The notes under the pieces were generated by a model. The model was given only the letters and a program-made list of their open reading frames with translations, ran no database searches and was not told the DNA's origin. From NCBI RefSeq assembly GCF_018350175.1, contig NC_058368.1, forward strand, positions 88,910,001-88,974,000: a stretch of DNA of 64,000 nt, read 5' to 3'. The first letter of the stretch is position 1, and each line of letters starts with the position of its first letter. Made by a program: the position numbers and the translations under genes. Positions 34,704 through 48,188 of the stretch are shown piece by piece. Origin of the DNA: Felis catus. Taxonomy: Eukaryota.

Positions 34704-37700
34704 TCTTTTGTCCCCTCAGAGATTCCCCCTTAATATTTCTTGCAGGGCTGGTTTAGTGGTCACAAACTCCTTTAATTTTTGTTTGTCTGGGAAACTTTTT
34801 ATCTCTCCTTCTATTTTGAATGACAGCATTGTTGGATAAAGAATTCTTGGCTGCATATTTTTCTGATTCATCACACTGAATATATCCCGCCACTCCTTTC
34901 TGACCTGCCAAGTTTCTGTGGATAGGTCTTCTGCAAACCTGATCTGTCTTCCCTTGTAGGTTAGGGACTTTTTTTCCCTTCCTGCTTTCATGATTCTCTC
35001 CTTCCCTTAGTATTTTGTGAATTTGACTATATATGCCTTGTTGATAGTCGGTTTTTGTTGAATCTTATGGGAGTCCTCTGTGCTTCCTGGATTTTGATGT
35101 CTGTGTCTTTCCCCAGGTTAGGAAAGTTTTACACTATGATTTGCTCACATAACCCTTCTACCCCTAGTTTTCTCTCTTTCTCCTCTGGACCCCTATGATT
35201 CTGATGTTCCTTTTTAATGAGTCACTGATTCTTAAATCGTGCTCTTTTGCCTTAATCTCCCTCTTTTTCTCTTTTTCTCTGCTTCATTATTCTCTATAAG
35301 TTTGTCCTCTATATCGCTGATTCTCTGTTCTGTCTTGTCCATCCTTGCCGCCACTACATCCATCCGTGATTGCAGCTCAGTTATAGCATTTTTAATTTCA
35401 TTCTGGCTATTTGTTACTTCTTTTATCTCTGCAGAAAGGGTTTCTAGTCTATTTTTGACTCCAGCTAGTCTTCCTATTATCCTGATTCTAAATTCTGGTT
35501 CAGACATCTTGCTTATGTCTGTGTTGGTTAAATCCCTGGCTGTCATTTCTTCATGCTCTTTCTTTTGGAGTGAATTCCTTCGTTTTGTCATTTTGAAGGG
35601 AGAAAAGGAATTAATGAGGCAGAAAATTCAAATTTAAAAATACTAAAATTAAAACTACACCCACACAAAAATCGAACAGATGATGCTAGATCCTAGGTGT
35701 ATTTTGGTCTGGGTGTAGAAAGTGGTTTCACAGATTAGAGAAACAAACAAACAAAAAAAAGGTGGGGGGAGAGAAAAAAAGGAAATTGAGAATTTGAAAA
35801 AATGAATACACTAAGGTAGACTAAAATACACAAACGTAGAGAATATAGTAGGAAAAATGATAGAAAAATATTTTTAATAAAAATTAAAAAGAAATATGAT
35901 TTTTTTCATTTTCTGTATTTAAGAAAAAAGAAAAGAAATGAAAAAGAAAAAAGATAAAAAATTAAAAAAGGAAAAGGCCAAAAAAGAAATCATTTGAAAA
36001 TTTGAAAAAGTGAATACACTGTAGTAGACTGAAATAAAATGATGGGAGTAACATAGAATTTGAAAAAGTTTACATAAAAGCAAAAAATATAGTAATAAGA
36101 ATTAAATAAAAATATTTTAAAAATAAATTGAAAGTAAAAATGAAATTTTTCTCTTTCTGCATCAAGAAAAAGAAAAGAAATGAAAAAGAGAAAAAAGAAA
36201 AAAAAGAAATTGAAAATTTGAAAAGGTGAGTACACTGAAATAGACTAAAATAAAATGATGGAAGTAAAGTAGAATTTGAAAAAAATACACAAAAGTAAAA
36301 AATATAGTAATAAAAATTAAAGACGGATAAAAGAGAAAAGGGAAAAAGAGGGAAAAAATTGAATAGATGAACCTGCTAACAGATTGAAGTAGGACTGAAA
36401 TTGCTTTGTTTTCCCCTAGAGGTCAGTCCATGTAGCTCTTTATAGTCCATAGATTAAGCTGGCAGTGAGGTTTGTGTTCTTGAAGAGTGAAGTTGGCCCA
36501 GTTGGGCAGGGCTTGGTGTAACAGCTCCGCTCCCCCCAGATGGTGCTGCTAGCCAACGGGGGTGGATTGTTGCGGTGCTCATGGGTGTGCATGCCCATGT
36601 GCGGGAGCGGTGAAAAAATGGCGCCACCCAGCCACCCAGTCTGTTCTCCCAGATCAGCAGTCATGCACCGGTCCTCTGTCTTCAGGGCTCATCCACTCCC
36701 CACTTTTCCATTGTCTGTGACCAGGCCCCAGGAAGTACCTCTCTCCCAAGTTTTGTCTCAGATGTGGCTGTTTTCCCTAGCCCCTTACTTCCAAAGGACT
36801 GTGGCTTTGACCCACTCCGCCCCTCTGCGGGAGGGTCTTACAGAGCGATGGCCAAATGAGCAATGGACACATGTCGGCTGCACCCAGGAACGCCCACTGG
36901 ATGCTGCTGTTGCCAGTGCCCAAGACTGCAGCCAGGTGCCAGCCCGCCTCCACAAAAAAATCACGAGACAGTGTAGCCTCAGCATTTCAGGAACCATGGA
37001 AAATCACAACACACATCTGACCCCAGGCTTCAGCCTCAACAACCTTGCCCCAGCACCAGTGAATGTGGCTGTCTTCTGGGGTCTGCTGTGACCAGGTGGC
37101 TTCAACAGTCTCTACCAAATGTCCTTCCAACAGTGGAACTGCTTTTCTCCATGTGGCTCGAGAACCTCCCAGACCCCACTCTGTTCCTGGGGATTCACCT
37201 TTCCCACCAGAGCACCGGCAGGTATCGAACGGTGCGGAGTTGCAGCCTTTGTGCTCCCCTTGTTTACAGTCTTCATGGAATTTAAACCCTCTCTTTTCTC
37301 CTTTTTCCCTTTTTAGTTTAGTCCCTGTGGCTGTTTCTAAATTTTCACTTTCTCTCCAGCTGCTTTTGTGGAGAGGTACTTTTCCCGTATGCTCCCCTAC
37401 TCCCCAGTCTCCATCCTCTCTCCGCCCGCAAAAGCAGTTCCCTACCTTTCGGGGCTTCTTGATCCCCAAGTTCAGCTCTTCAGATGTCATGTACCTGCTG
37501 AGTTCTGTGGCTCAGGTTGTGCAGATTGTTGTGTTAATCTTCCAATTGGTTTTCTAGGTGTTTAGGATGATTTAGTGTTGGTCTGGCTGTATTTCACTGA
37601 TGCAAGACACACAAAAAGCTTCCATGCTGTTCTGCCATCTTGGCTCCTCTCCTGTCTGTCTCAAAGTTTTAATGGGTAATGTTTTAGATAACTTTCAAGG

Positions 37701-40250
37701 TCCTTGGTAACCTGAAACTTTCCAAATAGGATGGGATGATAAAGCTTTGATTATTGAACATTTGTGTTTTTAACTTCTTATTGCTGTGAAATCAAGGCTA
37801 TAAGGACCTATTGAACAACATGCTTTCTACTTAATTTGTTTATGAATTTACCATCTAAATGGTTCTGGTGTAAATACCTCTCAATTGGTTACTAAGTCCT
37901 CAATTGGAGCCTAAGGTTTCCTAAGTTAAATTTCTGCTCAGTGTACATAAGACTGATGAATATAAAAAAAGCTACCCTGTATGTAGGAAAATAGGAGGTA
38001 TATAAGAAAGATATAAGGAATGGAAATACAGTTTTGTTTAGGGTAGAATAAAGTAATTTTGTGCTAAATGAGACTGGTTATTTGGAAAGAAATGGCTTTG
38101 GGACAAAATTTAGAAGCAAAAGAAAGTTGCAGAAGGTTGAGATGAATGGAACTTTTAAAGTACACTGGTATAAGTTTGAAATTCTGCTTTTCTCTCTGCT
38201 CAAATGATAAAGTTTTCTTGAACTGTTGATCTACTCTTGATAATACAATGCAAACAAAGGTTTATCCTCCAGGAAAATCAAAGTTTTAGCTTTCATCTTT
38301 CTCAGGTCTTTGATTACTTAATTAAAACTTCTCAATGTTAAAGGAGCTAGGTTTTGATAACAACTGTATAATGCTATACCATTCACCTTTGGGATCTTTT
38401 ATTGCAACTTTGGTTGAATAAATAAAATTGTAAGATTTGTAATAATCTGTAATCTTATTTAAGATTCACTTATGACTTCTGGGTTTTTAACAAACTTCTC
38501 TGGATTTAAATGGTAAATGAAGTCTTCTTGACCAATTAGGCCCTTTTATTTGGGGTGCTAAGTTACTTGGAAAAGCACTGTCATACAATGATAAGCCTGC
38601 CCAAATATATGCAATTCCTAAAATTTTAATGTTTTGATATAAGGTTATCACTTAATATTCTGATTACTTGCAATGTTATGTGTCACAGAAATAACAGAAT
38701 TTCTTTGTCAATTGCATCATAATGAACTCTCATCAGATCTTTAACAATGTCTATTTCTGAGATTTTGCCATTTATAATTGTTCTTACTCTCTCACAAAAC
38801 GTGTTTCTTCTTCAAGGAGATTTATAAAAAGGACTTTGGGGACAAATACAGGTATCCGAGATCTTTAAGATTAATACTAAAATGGGTAAGAATTTCCAGA
38901 GCTAAAAAGATGCATTCAAATTAAACAAGAATTAGGAACATTTTGTGATTCTTGTTGAAAATATTGCTGCTTCTCTAATGTTTCCTCTTCCAGATTAAGG
39001 AAAATTTCTCTTAAGATATCTATGATATACAAAAATGTCGTAAAATATTCACTTATAAACTAAAGCATTTATCTTTTCTCTGTACATAATTCCCCTGAAA
39101 CTCAAAGCTCTCAATGAGTATTCTTTCTTTCATGGCAATTACAATTTTTTGCATAAGTTCAATAAGAATTTGTTCATCTTATAACAGGTCACTATTGAAA
39201 ATACTGGTTGTTTTACCAAGGCTCTGACTGGAATGTCATATTTGAGGATGACATTCATAGACTCAGATATGACCAGACAGCTTTAAGGAACTAGGATTGG
39301 AATTATAAAACATGGGCCCATAAAGCCCCTTGGAAATGTTGGTCTGGTGCCTTGCTTACAGTTCTCCCAGCAGCCTCACCAGGTAAGTAAAGAAGGTCAC
39401 TTCCTGGCAGGTGCAGGAACCTCAAGATATCTTGAGGACCTCATGAAGAGGAATTCGCTCAATTCTACAGGTATTGAAGTCCTGTCCGATGGCAAGTATT
39501 TGGCTTGGCTTCTGGCCTGGAGAGGCTACTAAAAGTTCGACCCAGAGATTCCTTATAAAAGGTTCCAACAAAGCAAGCTTTAAAAGATCCTCATGATCAA
39601 TCACTACTCTTGCTGAGCTTATGTAAATAATTAGGCCAGATTTGTTAAGACTGGATTTGTTCTGCAAATGCATTGGTCTCAATTTGGCTATCTCTCGAGA
39701 GGGGGATTTTAGAGAGAACAACTATGTTTCAACAATGCACCGTTATGGATGTTAAATTCTAGTTATGATTGTCTTTAAATGTTTTTTGTTTGCCTAAACT
39801 AGACAACTTGAGGTAAACTTCATAAAAATTGTCATAGTATTTCATGTATAGGCAATCTTCTGTGTTTGTTATTCTGTGGGGATAATAAGACCGCATGGGT
39901 GCATGATTATTTAAACAACTGGAATGGATCTGTAAATATGCAAACCATATCTTCCCTAAGCCTGATCTGACAGTTACCAGAAACCCACCCCTTTCAAAGA
40001 CTTAGAGATGGAATTTATAGACATACAACCAAATAGAGGATTCAGTTTCAGGTATCACCCCATGGGTCAATCACTCCAGAGCTAAGAAGGCCAACTCCGA
40101 GGAACCCTCAACCTGGAGAAGCGATCCAGATCCAGTCAACCTGCTTAAACTGACCCTCAAAAAGACACTGGCCCCTGAGATCTCCAGCCCTGCTCCAGCC
40201 ACACCCAGAAGCTGGCTGGCCTACACACGGAAGAAGCTTGAGGAATCAAC

Positions 40251-41875
40251 ATGTGGACCAAGCCCAGGGGTTTGGATGCAACTCTGCCAGCCCTTTCCCC
40301 TCACTGGTATCATAGCCCTGATCTTACTTCTTACTGTTGGGCTGATAGAGACTGCACCAACAAGCTGGACATGGGACAAAAGATGCATGCTGGATCTCAC
40401 ATACCTCTTATGGATGGGAGCATTATTAAGTATTGCCTGTATATTGTGATAACCTCTCTCACCCTCACAACTGCCACTTAACCACTTTGCCCCCAGGGTT
40501 GTTATATGACAATAAAGGGGTCAAGGGCATTCAGTACCTTCACCTCCCTCCACAAAGATTGTTACAATGGAGAAACACCCACTCTGTCAGTCACCCACTG
40601 CCCCAAGGACTAAGTATTGGACCGTAGAGATAACCCAAAATTTCAGGAACACATGTCACAACGAGGGCCTCCAGAGAGGGAAGCGAGCTCGCTACACTTC
40701 CCTTCCTCAATGGGGGATCTCAGACAGGGGGGTTGGGGGGTGCAAGACAGAGCCTTTCAAAAAGTTATAGGATACCCAGGATAGGGTAATACAAGCCACA
40801 AAGGCAACCACTCCCCTGGCAGCCTACCAGGGATTGAACCTTTCATCCCTCAATCAAATACCAATTCCCCCACTCCAGCATTGGGCCAACTCTACAAGTC
40901 CTCCATAAAATAGATAATCACACCCAAACCTGCTGGATGTGATGGCCTTCAGCCAAAGAGCTTACCTAGCCACTCCTATCCCTTTGACATGGGAAGCTCC
41001 TGAAAATCTAAAAACCAACACCTCTGTCTTAATTGGACTCCTGGCCACTGGGATCCGTCTCACAAATGACAACAATCTAATCTGTACAGTTCCTGATGTA
41101 TGAACGGTACCTCTCTGTGTGAAAGAAATATAACTTTAAAGAGGAATACAACCCTATGTTCAACCCCTGGGGTGTTCTATCTGTGTTTTAATTTGGCCTA
41201 CCAATGCTTAGAGGCCAACTGGACTCAGATATGTTTTTCCATCCTCCTAACCCCAGAGATATCCGTGTACACTGAAGATCAATTCCTAACAGCATTTAGC
41301 CCCAAGTCCCAGGCTAAACAGGCAATTCTGCTACCTGTTCTTATAGGAGCAGGAATTGTGACAGGAATAGGAACCAAACTGGGGGACATAGATTCATCTA
41401 TAGGACTATACCATAGACTATCTCAAGAGATAAATGAAAACATGGAATGGGTGGCAGATTCTGTGGTAACCTTACAAAGCCAAATAAACTCCCTGGTGGC
41501 AGTGTTCCTCCAAAATAGGTGAGCCCTCAACCTCCTCACTTCAGAAAAAGGAGGGACTTGTATCTTTCTGGAGGAGGAATTTGGCTATTTTGTAAACCTG
41601 TCAGAAATAGTTACAACTAAGGTTAAGGGACTCAAGGAAAGAATTCAATGTAGACAACAGGAAAATAATCGAGAGAATGGGATCTCAAAGACTGGGCATC
41701 CTGGCTCCCTGCCCTGGCAGGGCCCCTCTTTTCCATAATTTTACTTGTGACCATTGGCCCTTGTATACTAAATACCCTGGTAAGTTTTATTGGAAACACT
41801 GTTGCTCGCCAAACTGCAGCACATATTTTAACCCTCCGAGGGTACCAATCATTAGAACTAAAAAGTGATGCCTAA
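40251..41875 (+). pseudogene. env: env pseudogene, ERV-W/syncytin-1-like TM; start approximate
   Basis: Degenerate furin site QAKQ|AILLPVLIGAGIVTGIGT; YHRLSQEINENMEWVADSVVTLQSQINSLVAVFLQNR*ALNLLTSEKGGTCIFLEEE. Several stops and frameshifts. Confidence 0.85.
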
Positions 41876-41909
41876 TAAAAGATTTTTAAAAAGGCATCAA
41901 AGGGGGGAA

Positions 41910-42213
41910 TGTTGGGAAAATGAATAAAGTTTACACAAGATGGCTGATGTGACTACAACAAGCTCTGGTCTCTGGCTTAGAAACCCCTCTTGCAGGTTCT
42001 TCTTGCCCTGTTTTTCCCACGAGTGAAACCACCCTCCCCCACAAATATGGAGGCTGACAACTATAAATTACACTTCCCGCTTGCATTCAGCGCTCAGAAC
42101 TTTGGAGAAATGGTCTCCTCTGAGCCCGCCAGTGTTAAATAAATCTCTGATCCACCAAGATCTCTGAGTGCCACTTGGTTTTTCCGCCTGCATTCCAGCC
42201 TGATTCAGTAGCA
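41910..42213 (+). repeat. 3' LTR (~304 bp) of the old ERV
   Basis: Starts TG right after the PPT; TATAAA at ~42062; AATAAA at ~42138; probable end ...gtagca. Confidence 0.75.
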
Positions 42214-45200
42214 TCAGGACTACACAATGAAAATTCTAGAGACTTCCAGGCTAGGACTCTCAGTCCCTCACAGGAAAACCTGCTTAGAAAAAGATCAAGG
42301 GAATTGGAAGGGATGAATTTGGTCCAAATTCATTGTCTCAGGTGACAATGGAATAAAACTCTGAATGAAGTGACTGGCACAACTCCCAAAGAAGGTTGAA
42401 ATCCTGGGACTAGGGAAAACCTGGGTACCATAGAGAAGTAGAACATATTTTACTTCCCCCTGGGAGTCCTAAAGTAGCATAAAAGCCCTACATCTGAATT
42501 CAAACAGTGTAGGAAAGCTAGGACACCTGCCAGCTTTTCAGATTTTCCTGCCAGAGGGTAAAAGCAGTATGATTTTGGGGGCAGAGTCTCAATATGGGCT
42601 GATGCCAAGGCTGTGGGACTGGGTTCTGAGTTTTAGGGTTTTGAGTCGTTTCTTTCATGTTTACCTGCTGTAAAATGGAATGGGCACACGGGAACACTTA
42701 GAGGCTCAGAAAGCAGGATGTTCAGGTAGTCTATGGCAGGGGCACAGAGCACAGCAATAAACACTGAACAAACCGACACTGAACAAACAAAACTTCCCAA
42801 GTTTTTAGGAGGGAAATATTTTCCTCTTGATATCAGAAATGAGTTGTTCTGGGAGTAGAAAGACAATATTCATATATGCTTGCTGGGAGTTAATCAGCTC
42901 AGTCTGTGTGATTTTTTCCTCTGAATGTGGCCCTGAAGGCCACATCCCCATCAGCTTTTCTCACAGAAGTGAGGCCAACTGTCTCCCAACAAAATATCAC
43001 CTGCCCTTACCCACAAGCAATCCTCCTGTGCTCAACACAATCAAGTGCCCAATACCTCCTGTTCCCAAGGTAGATCTGGAAGATACCCAAGGGGCACCTG
43101 TTCCTAAAGCTATTCCAAACTTATGGGAACTTGGCATGACTCCACAATTAAAATTGGAGAAAACTGCTGCCAGACTCTGGCACTAAAAGTCTCCCAGTGA
43201 ACACATGGCTAGGATAAGTGTAAGAGAATTGAAAAGGATACACTGAGACCTAGAGTTCATCATCTCATGTGAGAGCATAATGAAGCTGTAGATAATGTTA
43301 CAGGCACAATTCCCTGGGCAAGTTTGGTATCAAAGGAGTAAGAAAGACCTGTGGCCTGCCTGAAGAGAAGTGGAACATCTGCTAGCTATACCAGAGAATT
43401 AGGAAGCAAAAATCATGCACCCCAACCAACTTCAAGAAGGTCTGGAATGTGTCAAGCCATCTCCAGCTTTCAAGCACTGCCTTTCTGTGGACAGATACCA
43501 TTGTGAGTCACAAGGTAGGCTCTTGCTCCTGGCAAGTCTGCAGATTCGGGTTTGGTATTTCGGTCCTTGAGTATTTTTGTGCCCTAAGCTGCTCAGTGAA
43601 TGGACTTGACATGCATGAACCCCGAGGGTCTCAGGAGGTCAGTAGTTCAGACTTCCCTGAAAGGAGTGGACAGAGAGCAAGAAAATGGCCCTATGCCAAA
43701 CAGAACCCTGCCAAAAACAGAGTTTTCCTGGGAGAAGGTCAATCTTTACTTTTTGATAGCAGAAATTAACTGCTATGTGATGACACATGGTGTGAGTGCA
43801 GACTCCCCAGGAATTACTGGGCACTGTCTGAGGACAGCCCTGTAGCTGCTGAATTTGACCCTAGGCCCTTGCTCCAGAAAGTATATAGGATCCTTCCCAA
43901 CATCATCCGCCCCTGTGCACATGCAAACCTCTTCTGCTGACCACATTCAAAGCCCCTGTGCCTCTTTTGGTTAAGGCTTGTCTTGCAGAAGTGTTCCATG
44001 GACTCCCGTTGCCCAGCCTATTCCAGGTTACTGGGAGCTAGTCACAACTCTATGATTAAAATCAGAAAATGTTCCCCGATTATGTCTGTCAATGTCCCCT
44101 AATGCAATCTTCATTAATGTAAGAGCAAGGGAATCTGAAGGGAGGCACCGAGGGCCAAATGTCTTCATCTCAGAGGAAAATGGTAGAAAGCTTCACATGA
44201 GGGCACTAGCACTTTTCCCGAGGCAAGATTGGTGTCATCGCCAACATAAGTGGGCCACATCTAAGGAGAACATCCTTGAGCTAAACTTAGGGGCCCTGTG
44301 TGCAAAAGGGCTGTCACTCTTTTCCATTCCCTTCCTTCAGTGATATAACAGTGGTGGTTTGGAGGCTGTCTGGCTCCTGACTCATATCCACGTCTGTGGA
44401 AATGAGTTCTGGTGTTTTAGTTACTATGTTTACTTTTTCTATCCTTACCTCTCCAAGTATAGACTTTGCATGGGCAAACAATTAGAGCCTCAGAAGGAAG
44501 TATGTTCAGGCATTCCAGGAGGTGGTGAGAGCAGGGAGTGACCATCTGGGCCAACACAATCCTGCTAAGCACTGAGTTCTCAGCAACAGAACAACCTTTC
44601 TTCCCCAACATCAACAACTAATATCTATGTGGCAGGACACCACTAGAGTGGGAACTTGACTAGTTTCTTGTCACTGTCTGAGGGAAGACCAGTATCTGCT
44701 GACTCTAACCCCTAATGTCAGTCTTTTTTTTGCCCCTGAAGCGAGGTGGGCTCTTTCCAGCACCACCTGCATTGAAGTGCATTTGGGTTTTATATTCTGT
44801 ACTCTATTTCATGTCTAACCTGATTGTTTTGCAGCATGGTATCTTTCTTTGTATTGCATTAAACACACAGTGACACATCACTCTTTGTTTTTTGTCTTCA
44901 GCTATTTAGACAATAATATAACATTGGACTAAAGTGGGAAGCCTTCTGGATGTTGAGCTTTGAGTCATTCTGTGTGATCTCCAAACAGGTAACTGATATC
45001 TGACACAAGTATAGAAATACCTAAACTCACGTGAAAGGCAGTCTGTCATTTGTGGTTGTTGAATTCTGTCAAATTCTACTATCACACGGGAATAGTGAGT
45101 TTGAATATTTTGAAACACTTCTGATTAGAAAATGTAAAGAACCACTGAAGTTTCATGATATCACATTCTTCTCCCATTTTTTCTTAATGTATTCTAAATA

Positions 45201-45369
45201 TTTGAGTGGCAAACAGTTGATTTTATGATATTACTGATGAACTGTAAGTATAAAGACAAAATAAAAACAAGCATACTTGGAATACGTAAGTTGATCACTG
45301 TAAATCATTAGGCTTTTGTTTTTCTGTTTTTCTTTTTTGTGTGTGTGCTCTTTGGAATATGTTCCGCAA

Positions 45370-45908
45370 TGAAGCCTCCAGCTTTGCTTTTCTTTTTCCG
45401 GATTAATTTGGCTATTCAGGCTCTTCTGTGATTCCATGCAAATTTTGGGATTGTTTGTTGTACCTGTGTGAAAGATGCTGGTGGTACTTTGATAAGGATT
45501 GCATTAACTCTGTAGATTGCTTTGGGTGTAAGAGATATTTTAACAATGTTTCCATTTCCAAGCCATGAGCATGGAATTTTTTCTTATTTCTTTGTATCGT
45601 CTTCTATTTCCTTCATAAGTTTTCAGAGTGCATATCTTATACCTCTTTGGTCAGGTTGATTTCTAAGTATCTTACAAAGTATCTTTGGTGAAATTGTCAG
45701 TGAGATTGATTCAGTGATTTCTTTTTCTGGGTGGGTGGGGTATGGGATAGATGGGTGATGGGTATTGAGGTGGGCACTTGTTATCATGAGCACTGGGTGT
45801 TGCCTGTTCGAGATGAATCACTTAATTCTAATCCTGAAACCAATATTGCATGCTAACTATGTTAATGAATGAGAATTAAATAAAAATTTAGCATACAACT
45901 GGAAAAAA
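45370..45908. mobile_element. L1 with an inverted internal part: minus-strand ORF2 piece (~45370-45729) joined to a plus-strand 3'UTR and tail (~45730-45908)
   Basis: gcctccagctttgc...gattgcattaactctgtagattgctttggg is antisense ORF2. gggtattgaggtgggcacttgttatcatgagcactgggtgttg is a sense carnivore L1 3'UTR. Confidence 0.75.
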
Positions 45909-48049
45909 ATGAGCAGATTATTTTATCTTGCTACTTGTACACTTGCATTTTGACCCTTCTATCCTGACTCAGAATTTTATCTTGGAGAATTTAGCTCCTG
46001 CACACAATTTTTTTTTTTGGTATTGTGCTTAATAAACATGAAAATCAGACATACATCAACATAAGATGCCTTGGGATAAAGTGTTTTCAGGGAAAAAATA
46101 ATAAAACACTTCAAATCCTTGATCAATTTAAAAAAGTGCAGCTCAACATACCAGTTCTAGTTTATCTGAATTTATTTCATAATGAATTATTTTTCTTCAG
46201 GACCAATTAATTGTTATGTAAATGATTGGATGTTCTAGCCCCACCATAATGCATTAAGTATAGATTTTGCCTTTTAAAATTAAAAAAAGGAAATTATATC
46301 CTGACATGTTAGAGCAGGGAGATCAATGATATGTGATCTCTAATGGTGGGCAAGCCATAATCAGTTATAGACTAGCCACATCTGGGGATCATTTATATGA
46401 AGAAGAAATATATCTGTAGTCTGTTTGTGTCACTGTTACTTTGACATCTACTGCAGGTGCCCAAACCTCACCCTTAAGCAAAGCAAGAACTTTGACATTG
46501 GAGCACTGTGTCACTTTGGAAAGGATCTGTGTCCTTCTGAAGGACAGATCTCTGTACGTCTAGCAGCAGAGGCAGGTGTAGAAGTAGGCTCTATGATTCT
46601 GAGATATAGTGCTTCTGCTTGGTTGATATCTAGGCCTTCTCTTCTGGGAACTGTACGTGGTAGTGTGGTGGGTGGTTGCTCAAGACCCACTTCTTGTGTG
46701 GAGCCTTTGCTGAATTACCATGCCTCTTAAAACAGGGAGCACACTCATGCACTGTTGTGTTAGTGCTGGACATAGACCTGATTTTTCCTCCAAATTTTGG
46801 CTCCAAACGTTTGCCTGTTTTATGCAGGTTTTTAGGCACACAGGGACACTTAGTGTACAGGTGTGGCTGAACACTCCTCACCTGACACCCTATGCAGTGT
46901 TAAGGGAAGCTGACAGACATCCCATCTTCTAGAGAAGTGGCTTTTGTAATTCTCTATGCAAGCTCTCATTGTACCGTAGAGTGACTGATCTGATCAAGAG
47001 ACTAGGACTGGCCCAGGTCACAGGAGGTGGGAAGAGTCCAGAAGATAAGGCTGGGCTCTGCCTTTTTAGGCCATGGCTCAAATCCCTCCCATCAGGTTTG
47101 CTTTAGAAATGAGAGAGTCTAATGTTCTGGGAGGAATCGTGCCCACTTGCTCTCCATGTGTGGTCATTTTACCATCCAGTCTCCACATGTGCACTGGCAC
47201 ACACATACTGATAGTGCATTCAAGAAAAATCAGACCTGGGTAAGTGACAAGAGAGAAAGAAGAAAGAAGATAGAGTTCTGTCATGGGGCTGCAGCATCCA
47301 TTTTCTTAGCTGTGTGTTCAAAGTCCCAAACATGGTTAAGGAATTCCTGAAATTGGTAGGTTTCTGCTGGACACAAGGTCATCCTTAGCCCACCTCCAGA
47401 GGAAAGGACTAGGGTAGTGCAGTGTAACTCTGTGGTCATCTGGAATTATGATGAGCTAACTCCCCATAGGGTATACAATAAGTACAGAAGAAAAGGCTTC
47501 CATGTTCTCCTGTAGTGTGTTGTGTTATCAGTGGGTTTCTCCAGGGTTCCATGTAATTGGAGTGGGTCAATTGGCCTTGGCTCTCCATCAATGGATGTCT
47601 GTGTTCTAATTTACTAGATAAATGCTTTATACTTGCCAGAAGCCTTTGAGAGCCAAGAGAAGCTTGGAGCCTTGGGTTGGTGAAGACTTGGGATAGGGAA
47701 GGGCATGTCAGAACACTTTACACTGAGTCTACAGTTCAAGCACAATAGCAGTCCTTTTTGGGCCACCAGGGTTTTCATTTGGAAATATGGGGCTCATTGT
47801 CCTGGTGACATGAGGATGCCTCATAAGTAAATAGTATACACTGGGATGGACAGAGAAAAAGGAATCGCAGAAGCCTGAGATCTCTTGCACAGCCCAGGTG
47901 CCTGTAGATCCTGAGCTTTATCCTGGAACCTTAAAGGGCCACTTCCTTCATGTCAGCCACATAAAGATGCTGAGTTTGGGGGTTTCATTCCTGTGGCTCC
48001 AGTGTTAGTGCTGGACATCAGAGAACAGGCAGAATCCTGTGTCAATGGT

Positions 48050-48188
48050 GTTTTCTTCTCCTCCTCCTTCTCCTCTTCCTCCTCCTCCTCTCCCTCCCAC
48101 TCCCTTTCTTCTTTTTCTTCTTTTCTTCTTTTTCTTCTTTTCTCCTCCTCCTCCTCCTCCTCCTTCTTCTTCCTCTTCTTCTTTTCCT
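48050..48188. repeat. Polypyrimidine simple repeat (TCC/TTC-type)
   Basis: ~140 bp almost entirely C/T. Confidence 0.9.

Larger units (their letters stand above)
33197..37652 (-). mobile_element. L1 with intact 5' end and long 5'UTR, 3'-truncated within ORF2
   Basis: The 5' end on the minus strand reads ggagaggagccaagatggc. ORF1 MTKRRNSLQKK at 35591; ORF2 EN domain; breaks off after [10 protein letters not shown]. The 5'UTR has ~3 AT-rich ~215-bp repeats (35790-36330). Confidence 0.93.
37653..42213 (+). mobile_element. 3' part of an old class I ERV: AT-rich internal region, deleted pol, env remnant, PPT, 3' LTR
   Basis: Integrase stubs PFKDLEMEFIDIQPNRG and SGITPWVNHSRAKKA at ~39990-40095; env TM motifs; PPT aaaggggggaa before tgttggg at 41910. 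Confidence 0.82.

Noticed and set aside
40251..41875. Functional syncytin-1-like gene
   Set aside because: Mutated furin site, stop in the ISD, lost CX6CC cysteines and multiple frameshifts.
24391..42213. One provirus spanning 24391-42213
   Set aside because: 26290-26470 and 37960-38140 look like diverged versions of the same internal segment, so these are two related elements.
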